IMG/VR virus record: IMGVR_UViG_3300028400_000005
Coordinates: 1-64,000 of that record
Length of the DNA: 64,000 nt
Reading direction: 5' to 3' (one strand)
From: a virus
Within the stretch, counting starts at the first letter, position 1; each line of letters begins with the position of its first letter. Of this stretch, positions 17,485-26,781 are shown piece by piece. The notes under the pieces were generated by a model. It had not been told where the DNA came from, did no database searches, and was given only the letters and a program-made list of their open reading frames with translations. The position numbers were made by a program, and so were the translations under genes.

Positions 17485-20400
17485 CTACCCGAAAAGCGTT
17501 CCCTGCTGCGCCGCGGGGTTCGGCGCCGGCGGGGGCGGGGGCGTTGGATCGTCGTCGTCGTCGCGCTCAGGGCGGGACAGGCCGGCCAGCTGCAGCTGCA
17601 GCGCGAGGCCGGTGTCGTCCATGTGTTCGTACGGCCCCTGGAAGATCTGCCCCAGGAGGCGCTTGCGCTCGAGGCGTTCCAGGTTGGCGCGGTCGTGGTC
17701 GGTGTCCGTCATGAGGGTGTGGATCTCGATCGCCTTCTTCTGCCCGAGGCGGTCAATCCGCGCCGAGCGCTGCTCCCACGTCTTGTGCGTCATGGGCAGG
17801 TCGTAGTGCACCAGCCACTCGCCGCGGTGCTGCAGGTTCGCGCCGGTCGCGCCGGCGTCGGAGGCGACGATGATGTCCACCTCGCCGCGGTCGAAGCGCT
17901 GGCGGATGCGCGCCTTGTCCTGGGCGCTGTGCCCCCCGTGCAGGACGGCGACCTTGTGCCCGGCCCGCTCGAGGGCGGCGGCGATCTCGGCCACCGCCTT
18001 GCGGTTGTGGGCGAAGACCACGCCGCCCTTCCCGCGCCGCTGCTCCGCGAGCGAGAGCAGGTGCTGGATCTTGGCGTTGCGGTCGGCGGGGGCCTCGTTG
18101 ATCACGCGCGCCTTCGCGGCCTCATGCAGCACCCCGAGGCTGCGGTTGAGTTTCTGGGCGACCTGCTCGTGCTGGGCCTCGGGGACGCCCTCGAAGCTGC
18201 GGGGCGAAAGGGCCCGCAAGGCCTCCAGGTCCACGTCGCCGCGGTCGCGGGCGCGCACGGCGCGCTGGTAGGCGGCGCGCACCTCTTCCAGCTGCGCCCG
18301 CTGCTCCGGGTGCAGCGGGATCGGGGCGTGCCCGCTGGGGGTGTCGCCGCGGGTGCCGTCCGCGCCCCAGACGACGCGCTTGGTCGTCCCCGAGGGCACC
18401 ACGTCGTGGTAGACGTAGCGGTCGGCCAGCCGCTTCAGCGCCTCACGTGCGGTCAGCGCGTCCACGCCGTAGCGGCGCCGGAACTCGGCCGCGTCGCCGA
18501 AGCGCTTGGGGTCGAGCTTCTTGAGCCAGTCGCCGATCTCGGAGGCGTCGTTCTTGACCGGGCTCCCGGTCATCAGGGTGCCGTACGGCGACAGGCTCAT
18601 CGCGGTGTCGAGCACGGCCGTGAGCAGCGACTCCGCCTTGCCCTGGCGGTTCAGGGCGTCGTGGGCCTCGTCCACGGCGACGTAATGCAGGGGGATCCCG
18701 TGGGCCTCCAGGGCCTCACGCATGAGGCGCTGGCGCTCCGGCAGGTCGGCCTCGAGGAAGCGGTCCTTGAACGCCTCGAGGTCCTCCCCGTGGTGCTCCG
18801 CCATCAGCTTGAGCATGTCGTCGCGGAAGGCCTGGTGGGTAACGGCCACCATGTGCACGTCGGGGGTGGCGTAGGCGGCCCGGCGCTCTTCGTGCGTGGC
18901 CTCGCGCGCGTGCCAGCGGAAGCGGCCGGGCTCGAGCACCCGGGCCATCTCCTCGCCGAACTGGTCGCGCACGATCGAGGGCACCACGAACAGGCCCTTC
19001 TTGGCCTCGCCGCGGTGGTGGAGCTCGGTGAAGGCCCCGATCGCCACCGAGGTCTTGCCGCTCCCCGTCCCCAGGAAGGCGGCGAGCTTGCGGCCTTCGA
19101 TAATGGCCTTTATCGCCCGCTGCTGCTTCACGTACTTGGTGCCCTTGCCCATGGTCACGGGGTACATCTGCACCGGGCTCATGCCCGCGTGGACGCTGCC
19201 GGCAACCTCCGGCATGAGGGCCGCCAGCCGCTTCTCGACGGCGGGGGGCAGGGCGTGCCGCTCGAGGTGCGGCACCGGGGCCTCGGGCTCGACCGCCTCG
19301 TCGCCGGCGTTGGCGAAGAGGCTGGCCTGCGCCATGCGCGCGGCGCGCTCTTCCTCCTTCTTCTTGCGCCACGCCTCGAGCAGCGACCCCTTCCCGCCCA
19401 TGTACGCGAAGCGGCCGCCCTGACGCTCCCGCAGGCTGTGCTGCTGGCGGGCGATCTCGTCCTTGAAGCGGCGGTACCCCTCGGGGTCGCGCACCGCCCA
19501 CAGGTGCTCGCCCCAGCGGTTCGCCTCCTTCGACAGGCGTAGGGGCTGGCCGGTGAGCTTGGCGTGGTAGTGGGCGTAACGGCTCGCCAGCGACCCCCTC
19601 ATGTGCTCCTGCACCGCCTCGTAGGCGCGCTGCGGCCCGCCGATGCCCTCCACGAACTTGTTCCACTCGACGAGCTCCGCCTGGTCGCCCAGCGCTTCGG
19701 TGGCCACCCGCTGGCGGTCGCGGTGCCACTTCACCCAGTCCGGGTTCAAGGGGAGGTCGCTCGCCAGCCGGTCGGGGTAGGGGTTGCCCCGCAGGTTGGC
19801 CTTGCCGTCCTCGGTGAGGGTCACGCTGCCGTCGTCGTTTTCCACGTAGTCGCCGCGGCCCAGCCCCATCGCGCGCAAAGTCTCGGCGCGGAGGTCGGGG
19901 TCGGCGGCCACATGGTCACGGAACCGCAGCGTGATGGGGGCGTCGGGGTCTACGGGGGCCGGCTCTCCGAAGAGGCCGCCGTCCTGGGGCGCGCCCCACT
20001 TCTCCGGCATGGGGTGCTTGGCCTCGTACTCGGCCAGGGCCTTGCGCACCGCGTTCTTGCGCGCGGCCAGCTCCTCGGGGCTCTTGCCCAGGATCTCGGT
20101 CAGGTAGTAGTGCCGCAGCGCACGCTGGTCGCGGTGGTCGAGCTCGCCCAGGGGCTTGAGGGCCACCTGCGTGCGCGGATCGGCGAGCACGCTCAGGTAG
20201 AGGGCCTTGCGGACCTCCGGGGTGTCGCCCACCGTCTGGCCGTAGAAGTCGGCCTCCCCGGGGTGCTCGCGCTCCACGAAGTCACGGGCCAGGCCGCGCA
20301 GCCGCTCATGGAGCTCGGGGTGCTTCTCCTGCAGGCGGTCGTAGTCCACCGGGATCGGTACCCGGTACTCCTCGCCCTTGCGGTTCTTGCGCACCTCCTC

Positions 20401-22722
20401 GCCCGCCCACGTAGGCAGCAGCTCCTCCAGGTGGCGGTCGTACTCCTCCATCTTCTCCGGGGGCACCCAGTCACGGATGAAGCTGCTCGAGGTGAGCAGG
20501 CGCTTGACCTCCGCCGGGGTCCACCCGTCGGCCAGGCGGCTGGCCACGGCCTCCTCCAACCCCGCGCGCACGTCGTCGCGGAAGTTGGGAGCGCGGGCGA
20601 GGCGGCGGGCCTTGGGGGGCTCCTGCTGGTCGAAGGCGCTGGCCGGGTAGCGGGCGAAGCCCGCCGGCAGCCAGTCCTCTTCGTCGTGGCGGCCGGCCTT
20701 GATCGCCTTGACCCGCTCGGCGGTCTCGCGTTCGGCGGGGTCGGCGTCGGGGGTCAGCCGGTCCATGCCCTGCCGGTTGAGCCGCACCCTGAAGCGGTCG
20801 TCGTCCCACTCGTAGGTGTAGTCGCCAGGCTCCAGGCCCAGGGCGCGCAGGGCCGGGATCACGTCGCGGGCGCTCTTGGAGAACTCCAGCTCGAGGTGGT
20901 CGGCCGGGGGCTGGCTGAGGGCGAGGTTGAGCGCCGCGGACGCCTCCAGCTTCCCGAGGGCGGTACCGAGGTGCCGGTGGGCCTCTTCGAGCAGGCGCCG
21001 CTTCCGGCGCACCAGGTCCATGACCGCCGCGGCGTCGGTGGTCGAGGTGATCGCCGGGATCTCGATCGCACGCGCGGCCTCGAGGGCCTTGGTGCCCCGC
21101 TCCATCGCCTCCTTGAGCATGGGCTCGAGGGTGCGGTCGTGGTGTTCGGCCAGGGCCTTGCGGACCTTGTCCAGCTCCTCCTCGCTCAGACCCCGGCGCA
21201 GCGCGTGCGCCGTGAGCTTGACCCCCGCGTCGAGACCCAGGGCATCGAGGGCGAGCCGGTCCAGGGTGTCGCGCCCGAGGACCGCGAGCGCCACGTTGCT
21301 CAGGTGGGCGTAGGCCCCGGCGGCGTGGTGCTTGTACAGGGCCTTGCGCAACTCGCCGTAGCTCCACCCGGGCTCGGCCGCCCGGTTCACGGTGTCCAGG
21401 AAGCTGCGGGTCAGGTCTTCCTTCGCCAGGTCGTCCACCCGGGCCGCGATCTCGCGCGCCAGGTCGGGGTCCACCTCCTCCGTGTGCACGAGCAAGGGGC
21501 TGCCGTCTTCACGCGCGTGGGCCTCCTCGAGGGCGCGCACCTCTTCCTCGCTGGCGTCGGGGTCGTGACCCAGCAGCGCGCGCCGCTTGGCGCGTTGCAG
21601 CTTGCGCAGTTGGCGCGCCGCGGCAAGGAAGGCACGCACGTCCTCGGCGTGCTGGCGCAGCTCCTCCGGCGTGGGGGCCTCCGGCTTGGGGGCGGCCTCC
21701 TCGAGGGCGGCGCCCGCCTCCTGCGCGAGGGGCTGGGCCGCGCGCATGCGCTCCCGGGCGGCGAGCACCCGGGCCTGGACCTCTGGCGCGTACTGCGCGA
21801 GCCGCGCCTGGAACGCCTCTTCGGCCTCGCGCTCGAACTCGTCCTGCGTGAGGCCCCGCTCCTCGGCCAGCTGGCGCATGGAGCCCCCGTAACCGCGGCT
21901 GGCCACCGGAGCCGTCTCCGCCCCGGGGATCTCGTCGGGTTCGATCTGCCCCCGCTCGCCCAGAACCGCGCTGCGTAGGTCGGGGTCGCGCACCAGGTGC
22001 TTGAGGACCTGGCGCTCGATCCGCTTGACGGCCTGGGTCGCGGCGCGAACGTGGCGCGCGGTGGCCAGGCCGGCGGCCAGGGAGGCCGCGTCGCCCTCGC
22101 CGGCCGCCTGCTGCGCGATGGTGCGCAGTTGCTCACGGGTCTCGTCGTCGAGCATGCGCTCGAGGTGCGGGTTTCCGGTGATCCGGGCGGCCGCGGCGAG
22201 CGCGGCCCGGTGCGCGGCCTCGATGTGCTCCTGCAGCCGCTGGGCCAGCTCCTTGCGCCGCTGGCGCTCCTCGGGGGGCACGTCCGGCTTGGGAGCGCGC
22301 TCTTGCTGGCGGCCGCGTCCGATCCGCGTCAGGCGCAACCCGTGCAAACCCTTGGGCCCCGAGACGACGTGGGCCGATCCGTCGGGGTTGACCTTGATCT
22401 TGACGTGGACGTAGTCGGGGTGGTCGGGTCCGTGGGGCTTCAGCGTGATCCAGCGCTCGTTGGGCCCTAGGTCGCCCCCGTCCGCCTTGTGCACCAGCTC
22501 GGCGGGCTCGAGCCAAAACACCAGCGCGAAGCCGTTTTCGTCGTAAGCCAGGTAGTAGCCCTTGGCCAGCGCACCCTTGGCCCGGGCAATGGCGATCCGT
22601 ATCGCCTCTCCCTCGTCGTACCCCTCGCGAAGCAGCGCGTTGGCGATCCGCACCGCCCGGCGCCGCACGGGGGGCGCGAGGTGCTTCATGGCATCGGGAA
22701 AGCGTTCTGCGGTCCAGGGCAT
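17485..22722 (-). CDS. Large SNF2/SF2 helicase-domain polyvalent protein with a YdaT-like N-terminus
   Basis: GTGSGKT, DEAH, TGSP, GANLQ and QRSARIDRLGQ. Start reassigned to MPWTAERFP (22722) behind a late-promoter motif. Confidence 0.85.
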   Translation of the reverse strand: MPWTAERFPDAMKHLAPPVRRRAVRIANALLREGYDEGEAIRIAIARAKGALAKGYYLAYDENGFALVFWLEPAELVHKADGGDLGPNERWITLKPHGPDHPDYVHVKIKVNPDGSAHVVSGPKGLHGLRLTRIGRGRQQERAPKPDVPPEERQRRKELAQRLQEHIEAAHRAALAAAARITGNPHLERMLDDETREQLRTIAQQAAGEGDAASLAAGLATARHVRAATQAVKRIERQVLKHLVRDPDLRSAVLGERGQIEPDEIPGAETAPVASRGYGGSMRQLAEERGLTQDEFEREAEEAFQARLAQYAPEVQARVLAARERMRAAQPLAQEAGAALEEAAPKPEAPTPEELRQHAEDVRAFLAAARQLRKLQRAKRRALLGHDPDASEEEVRALEEAHAREDGSPLLVHTEEVDPDLAREIAARVDDLAKEDLTRSFLDTVNRAAEPGWSYGELRKALYKHHAAGAYAHLSNVALAVLGRDTLDRLALDALGLDAGVKLTAHALRRGLSEEELDKVRKALAEHHDRTLEPMLKEAMERGTKALEAARAIEIPAITSTTDAAAVMDLVRRKRRLLEEAHRHLGTALGKLEASAALNLALSQPPADHLELEFSKSARDVIPALRALGLEPGDYTYEWDDDRFRVRLNRQGMDRLTPDADPAERETAERVKAIKAGRHDEEDWLPAGFARYPASAFDQQEPPKARRLARAPNFRDDVRAGLEEAVASRLADGWTPAEVKRLLTSSSFIRDWVPPEKMEEYDRHLEELLPTWAGEEVRKNRKGEEYRVPIPVDYDRLQEKHPELHERLRGLARDFVEREHPGEADFYGQTVGDTPEVRKALYLSVLADPRTQVALKPLGELDHRDQRALRHYYLTEILGKSPEELAARKNAVRKALAEYEAKHPMPEKWGAPQDGGLFGEPAPVDPDAPITLRFRDHVAADPDLRAETLRAMGLGRGDYVENDDGSVTLTEDGKANLRGNPYPDRLASDLPLNPDWVKWHRDRQRVATEALGDQAELVEWNKFVEGIGGPQRAYEAVQEHMRGSLASRYAHYHAKLTGQPLRLSKEANRWGEHLWAVRDPEGYRRFKDEIARQQHSLRERQGGRFAYMGGKGSLLEAWRKKKEEERAARMAQASLFANAGDEAVEPEAPVPHLERHALPPAVEKRLAALMPEVAGSVHAGMSPVQMYPVTMGKGTKYVKQQRAIKAIIEGRKLAAFLGTGSGKTSVAIGAFTELHHRGEAKKGLFVVPSIVRDQFGEEMARVLEPGRFRWHAREATHEERRAAYATPDVHMVAVTHQAFRDDMLKLMAEHHGEDLEAFKDRFLEADLPERQRLMREALEAHGIPLHYVAVDEAHDALNRQGKAESLLTAVLDTAMSLSPYGTLMTGSPVKNDASEIGDWLKKLDPKRFGDAAEFRRRYGVDALTAREALKRLADRYVYHDVVPSGTTKRVVWGADGTRGDTPSGHAPIPLHPEQRAQLEEVRAAYQRAVRARDRGDVDLEALRALSPRSFEGVPEAQHEQVAQKLNRSLGVLHEAAKARVINEAPADRNAKIQHLLSLAEQRRGKGGVVFAHNRKAVAEIAAALERAGHKVAVLHGGHSAQDKARIRQRFDRGEVDIIVASDAGATGANLQHRGEWLVHYDLPMTHKTWEQRSARIDRLGQKKAIEIHTLMTDTDHDRANLERLERKRLLGQIFQGPYEHMDDTGLALQLQLAGLSRPERDDDDDPTPPPPPAPNPAAQQGTLFG

Positions 22723-22729
22723 CGCCCCC

Positions 22730-22752
22730 ACCGTAGCGGCGGGGGCGGTTGG
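22730..22752 (-). promoter_or_regulatory. Late-promoter motif
   Basis: ccaACCGcccccgccgc-TACGGT-7 nt-ATG 22722. Confidence 0.65.
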
Positions 22753-22781
22753 GGTGCGGGCCCGGTCGGGGCGTCGTCGCG

Positions 22782-23564
22782 CTACGGCTGCCCAGCCAGC
22801 AGCGAGGCCCAGAAGTCCGCGATCGGGATGCGCCGGGTGACCCGGCCCGAGCCGTCGCACACGTGGCACTTCACCTCTTCGGGCTCGGGCTGGTCGTAGC
22901 CGTGCTCGGACCAGAACCTACGTACGAGCTCGTTCACCTGCTCCACGGTGAGCCCGTGACGCTCCTTTGGGGGGTGGGCGGCGTAGAAGGCCTCCCACAG
23001 GGGATGCGCGACGATCCCCTGCCCCCGGCACTCGTCGCACCTGGACTTGGTGACGACGTGGGTGACGGTGCCGCCGTAGGCGTCCTCGACCGCGCCCTTG
23101 ACGGCTCGGACCGCGTCGTGCACGTCGCAGGCGTCTTCGTCGCGCGCTTGTCGCTCGAGCTCGGCCAGGGTCAGCCCATGCCGGCGCGCGAGCCAGTTGG
23201 CGAGTTTGCGGGGCATGGGGTTCCGGGTTTTTTCCGGGTCCACGAGCCCCGGGAGGTCGTCGAGGTCATAGGCGCCGAAAAAGTCCTCAAGCGGCTCGTT
23301 GAAGCTGGTCTCGCAACCGTACCCCACCTGGAGGTTCCAATCCACGAGCTCAGCGCAGCGGCCGCAGATCTTGTACGTGCTCCACTTGTGGCCGTCCTCG
23401 TCCAGAACGTCGTGGCGGTAGTAGGTGGCCTTCGGGGGAATCACGCCGCCGCACGAGCTGCACGTATGCTGCCGGCGCGCCTTCAGGCGCTGTTCCTTGT
23501 GGAGCCGTACGTCGCAGTTATCCGTGTAGACCGTCACAGTAGCCATCCGTGCCCCCCCCTTCAC
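22782..23564 (-). CDS. Zn-ribbon protein (several CxxC pairs)
   Basis: KARRQHTCSSC..KICGRC, CDEC.G.G and CHVCDGSG. Confidence 0.7.
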   Translation of the reverse strand: MKGGARMATVTVYTDNCDVRLHKEQRLKARRQHTCSSCGGVIPPKATYYRHDVLDEDGHKWSTYKICGRCAELVDWNLQVGYGCETSFNEPLEDFFGAYDLDDLPGLVDPEKTRNPMPRKLANWLARRHGLTLAELERQARDEDACDVHDAVRAVKGAVEDAYGGTVTHVVTKSRCDECRGQGIVAHPLWEAFYAAHPPKERHGLTVEQVNELVRRFWSEHGYDQPEPEEVKCHVCDGSGRVTRRIPIADFWASLLAGQP

Positions 23565-23926
23565 GCCAGCGGCCGCCTCGGATCGCGCCCCCCGGCCGAT
23601 TCGGCCAGCGCCTCCGCCATCATCCCGGCGGTTTTCAGCAGCATCGAGGCGAACCGCAGCGCCTTAACCCGCGTCTCATCGCACGGGTCGTCACCCCCGA
23701 GCTCGTCCGCGGCGTCCAAGAACGCTGCGGAGGCGCGCGTGTAGGCTTCGGCCGCCCCGCGCATGAAGATCTCCAGCGTGCCAAGGTGGTCGCCCAGAAC
23801 AACGCCGGCGGGCACGAGCTCAGCGGCCACGTCCACCAGCTTCTCGGCGACCTCCTGCTCCATGCCACCGTGCTTGAGAATGTTGACGAGCGACGCCTTG
23901 CTTGCGCTCCCCTGTTCGGTCGTCAC
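23561..23926 (-). CDS. Hypothetical protein
   Basis: Part of the chain of overlapping early genes. Confidence 0.6.
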   Translation of the reverse strand: MTTEQGSASKASLVNILKHGGMEQEVAEKLVDVAAELVPAGVVLGDHLGTLEIFMRGAAEAYTRASAAFLDAADELGGDDPCDETRVKALRFASMLLKTAGMMAEALAESAGGRDPRRPLA

Positions 23927-24936
23927 GCCACCACCTCCTCAGCCTCCGGGTACTCCTCGTACAGCCGCCCGTCCAGTTCCCGGCCGGCCGCCCTGCGACC
24001 GACGCGCGACATGACGACCGGGCGGTCGAGGTCGGCCGTCCCCCCGAGCTCCACCGGGACAACCTGACCGTCCACGTCGAGCAGGAAGGGCGTCCGCGAG
24101 GGTGCCTCCCCCGGGGCGAACTCGCCCCATTGCTTGAAGAAGAAGGCGGCGCCGTACCGGTGCGCCTGGGTGCGCAGGGACCGCACCCAGGCCGGATGCA
24201 TGGGGCGCGCGCCGCGGCCGGTCTCGCCCCCCACGATCACCCAGCTCACCCGTCCCGGGAGCTGCTGGCCCGGGCGGTCCAGTCGCTCCCCGGTCAGCAC
24301 GTTGTACAGACCGCCCCCGTCCCGGTCGTCGGCCTGCACGTGGTCCAGCCACAGGCTGCCCAGCAACGGCTCGGCGCTGACGAACCGCACGAGCGGCACC
24401 GGGCTGCGGATGCTGGCCAGGTCGAGGGCCCGCTGCGCGAACTCCTGCCGCCCCACCGACACGCCGAACCAGATTGAGGCGGCCCCAATCGGCGCGACGC
24501 GGTGCTCCAGGAACTCGTCGAACCAGGTCTCCAGGATGTCCCGCATGCGCCTGGACCGCTTGGTCAGCACCATGAAGCGGTGCGGCTTCTGACCGGCGTG
24601 GACGCGGTTCGCGTTAACCTGCTCCATAGTGTTCAGGATCCGCAGGATGGTGCGCGCGGGCAGGTCCTCATGGAAGAGGTCGCCCATCGAGCAGCAAAAC
24701 ACGGCCCGGGGCGCGCGCCACCGCGCGGGGACGCTCAGGCGGTCCTCCAGGAACTGCACTTCGGTAAACGGGCGGCCGTACTGCGCCGGGGCCCCCCTCC
24801 ACTCCCCCCGCTTCCAGGCGCGGTGCCGCTTCGTATGCAGGCGCTCGGCGTAGCAATGCTTGCACTCGGTGCTGACCTTGGTGCAGCCCACCACGGGGTT
24901 CCAGGTCTCCTCCGCCCATTCGATCTTCGTTGGCAT
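23923..24936 (-). CDS. Phage Gp37/Gp68 family (DUF5131) radical-SAM-like protein
   Basis: TKIEW..TWNP..GCTKVS.ECKHCYA, SMGDLFH, LTKR, FVSAEPLLG, WVIVGGE and FFFKQWG. Confidence 0.92.
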   Translation of the reverse strand: MPTKIEWAEETWNPVVGCTKVSTECKHCYAERLHTKRHRAWKRGEWRGAPAQYGRPFTEVQFLEDRLSVPARWRAPRAVFCCSMGDLFHEDLPARTILRILNTMEQVNANRVHAGQKPHRFMVLTKRSRRMRDILETWFDEFLEHRVAPIGAASIWFGVSVGRQEFAQRALDLASIRSPVPLVRFVSAEPLLGSLWLDHVQADDRDGGGLYNVLTGERLDRPGQQLPGRVSWVIVGGETGRGARPMHPAWVRSLRTQAHRYGAAFFFKQWGEFAPGEAPSRTPFLLDVDGQVVPVELGGTADLDRPVVMSRVGRRAAGRELDGRLYEEYPEAEEVVA

Positions 24937-24948
24937 GATGCCCCCCTT

Positions 24949-25203
24949 CTACCTTTCCGTCAGCGGGACCAACGCCGTGACCTTCCGGGTTTCGTAGTCC
25001 ACGTGTACGAAGTCGAGGGCGCTGAAGTGTTCCCGCACCACCTGCGCGATCCGGTCGAGAACGTCGGCCGTCGAGGCGTCGAACATGACCTGCTCGTCGT
25101 GCTCGTCCACGAGCGTGGGCACGTTCGTCACGATGAGGACGGGACCGCCGTCGGGCAGCTGCCACGCGTGCACCGTGCGCTCCTCGCGCAGGCTAGCGTG
25201 CAT
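24949..25203 (-). CDS. YgiT/MqsA-type ribbon-like small protein lacking the cysteines
   Basis: VLIVTNVPTLVDEHDEQVMFDAST resembles the I.NVPA.VC..CGE..F pattern. The start is uncertain (25203 or 25221). Confidence 0.45.
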   Translation of the reverse strand: MHASLREERTVHAWQLPDGGPVLIVTNVPTLVDEHDEQVMFDASTADVLDRIAQVVREHFSALDFVHVDYETRKVTALVPLTER

Positions 25204-25435
25204 CGCCCTGACCTCCCTCACCCGCCTCGGGAAACAGCTCCACCGTCACCACCGCGCGCATTCCGACGGCGAGCTCCCGCACCGCGCCTTCGTCCGTGGG
25301 GATGGTGGCGATCACGCGGTCGTGTTCGTCGGTCAGCACGAGCTCGGGGTCGCCGTTGCACCCCTCGATGACCTCGGACAGGCGCGCGGGGATGACGTAC
25401 GTGGTCGGGGTCGGTTTAGTCTTGGTCCTGGTCAC
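25193..25435 (-). CDS. Hypothetical protein
   Basis: GGAGGAG RBS before GTG (VTRTKTKP...), within the coupled gene chain. Confidence 0.5.
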   Translation of the reverse strand: MTRTKTKPTPTTYVIPARLSEVIEGCNGDPELVLTDEHDRVIATIPTDEGAVRELAVGMRAVVTVELFPEAGEGGQGDAR

Positions 25436-25709
25436 GCTGCTCCTCCTCCCGCTGCATGGCGACCCGCAGGCTGCGCAGGGCCGTCTCGGTCGCGCGCATC
25501 TGGCCGTAGGTGTCCGCGGCCAGCTCGCGCGCCACCGTGAGGGCTGACTGCACCTCCGGGCCCCGGGTTCCTTCCGTGGCCGCATCGGCGACCCGGATCG
25601 CGTCGAGCGCGCGCTCGATCGCTTCCTTACCGCGCGTGCGCAGCTCCTCCTCGGCCCGCAGCAGCATGCGGTGCGCGTCGGTGAAGCTGGTCGGTTCGTG
25701 CTTGGTCAT
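25416..25709 (-). CDS. Coiled-coil hypothetical protein
   Basis: MTKHEPTSF start behind GGAGGG. The longer ORF-track call is an overlap artefact. Confidence 0.6.
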   Translation of the reverse strand: MTKHEPTSFTDAHRMLLRAEEELRTRGKEAIERALDAIRVADAATEGTRGPEVQSALTVARELAADTYGQMRATETALRSLRVAMQREEEQRDQDQD

Positions 25710-26781
25710 CCCTGCCCTCCTTTCTGTCGCTGCTCTTTCGGCGGCTCCGCCGCGTACGCCACTCCACGTAGGCCCGCCACGCCTCCGGGGAACAGTAGCG
25801 GACGGGCGTGGCCTTCGGGTCGTCGGGCTGACGCACGGGCACCGTCTTGTGCCCGTAACGGCGCAGCCAGTTGTGGGTAGCGCCCACGCTCCACCCGTTC
25901 CGCTCGGCCTCCTCCGACACGTGCACCCAGCCCTCCGGTGGGCGCTCGAGGATGCCCGCCTCCCACCGCTCACGCCACTCCACGTAAGCCTGCCAAGACT
26001 CCGGCGGGCAGTAGCGGGAAGGAGCGACCCGCGCATCGGGCTGGCGCGCCAGCACCGTGGGGTGCCCATACCGGCGGAGCCAGTTCTGGACCGCGCCTGC
26101 GCTCCATCCCCTCCGCTCGGCCTCTTCCGACACGTGCACCCAGCCCTCCGGTGGGCGCTCGAGGATGTCCTTGTACTCGATGATCTGGGCGGCGTCCAGC
26201 GGTGCGTACCAGTTGACGCGCCGCCCGCCCGCGCGCGGATCGGGTGCCACGCGCGCCTGAATGCCCAGCGCCTTAGCGCGCGAGAGCACCGTCCGGGTGT
26301 GCAGCCCGGTGCGGCGCGCGATGTCGGCCAGCGACAGCCACCCCTCGGGGATGGAGCGCCGTCGCAGGTACGCCTGGAACAAATCGGGCTCGAAGTACAG
26401 CCGCCCCTTGTACTTCACCGCGCGCAGCTCCCCCCGGCGCGCCGCGGCGGTCAAGGTGTCCACGTGCTGCCCCGAAAGCTCCTGGGCCCGCTGGCTGGTG
26501 AGCCAGCGGGCGGGGCGCTTGGCCACGCGGGGCACGCCGTCGTTGTCCAGGTACTCCTTGGCCACTTCGGCGCGCACGTACGCGCACTTCCCGACTTTGC
26601 GGTAGTACGGGCATCGGGTGTAGTTGCGTTCCAGGCGCCACTCGCGGAACGCCGCGTGGCTGACCCCGGCTTCACGCAGCACCCATTGGACCGGTACGAA
26701 GATCCCGCTGCGGCGCCCGCACAGATCTTCCGGCGGAGCCGGGCACGGCTTCCGGCGACCATCGGACCGGCGGTCACGCAT
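25627..26781 (-). CDS. Multi-HTH (MerR/excisionase-like repeats) DNA-binding protein
   Basis: Repeated (G)W.S....A...G helical units and a 71-aa tandem duplication. The start is uncertain. Confidence 0.7.
   Translation of the reverse strand: MRDRRSDGRRKPCPAPPEDLCGRRSGIFVPVQWVLREAGVSHAAFREWRLERNYTRCPYYRKVGKCAYVRAEVAKEYLDNDGVPRVAKRPARWLTSQRAQELSGQHVDTLTAAARRGELRAVKYKGRLYFEPDLFQAYLRRRSIPEGWLSLADIARRTGLHTRTVLSRAKALGIQARVAPDPRAGGRRVNWYAPLDAAQIIEYKDILERPPEGWVHVSEEAERRGWSAGAVQNWLRRYGHPTVLARQPDARVAPSRYCPPESWQAYVEWRERWEAGILERPPEGWVHVSEEAERNGWSVGATHNWLRRYGHKTVPVRQPDDPKATPVRYCSPEAWRAYVEWRTRRSRRKSSDRKEGRDDQARTDQLHRRAPHAAAGRGGAAHAR

Noticed and set aside
10224-21978. Very long plus-strand ORFs (1006, 1300, 639 and 804 aa) and similar ones elsewhere
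   Set aside because: Antisense shadows of real minus-strand genes in high-GC DNA, with no motifs or start signals.
25901-26167. Direct repeat as a diversity-generating retroelement TR/VR pair
   Set aside because: It is an in-frame domain duplication, with no reverse transcriptase in the window and no adenine-specific mismatch pattern evident.
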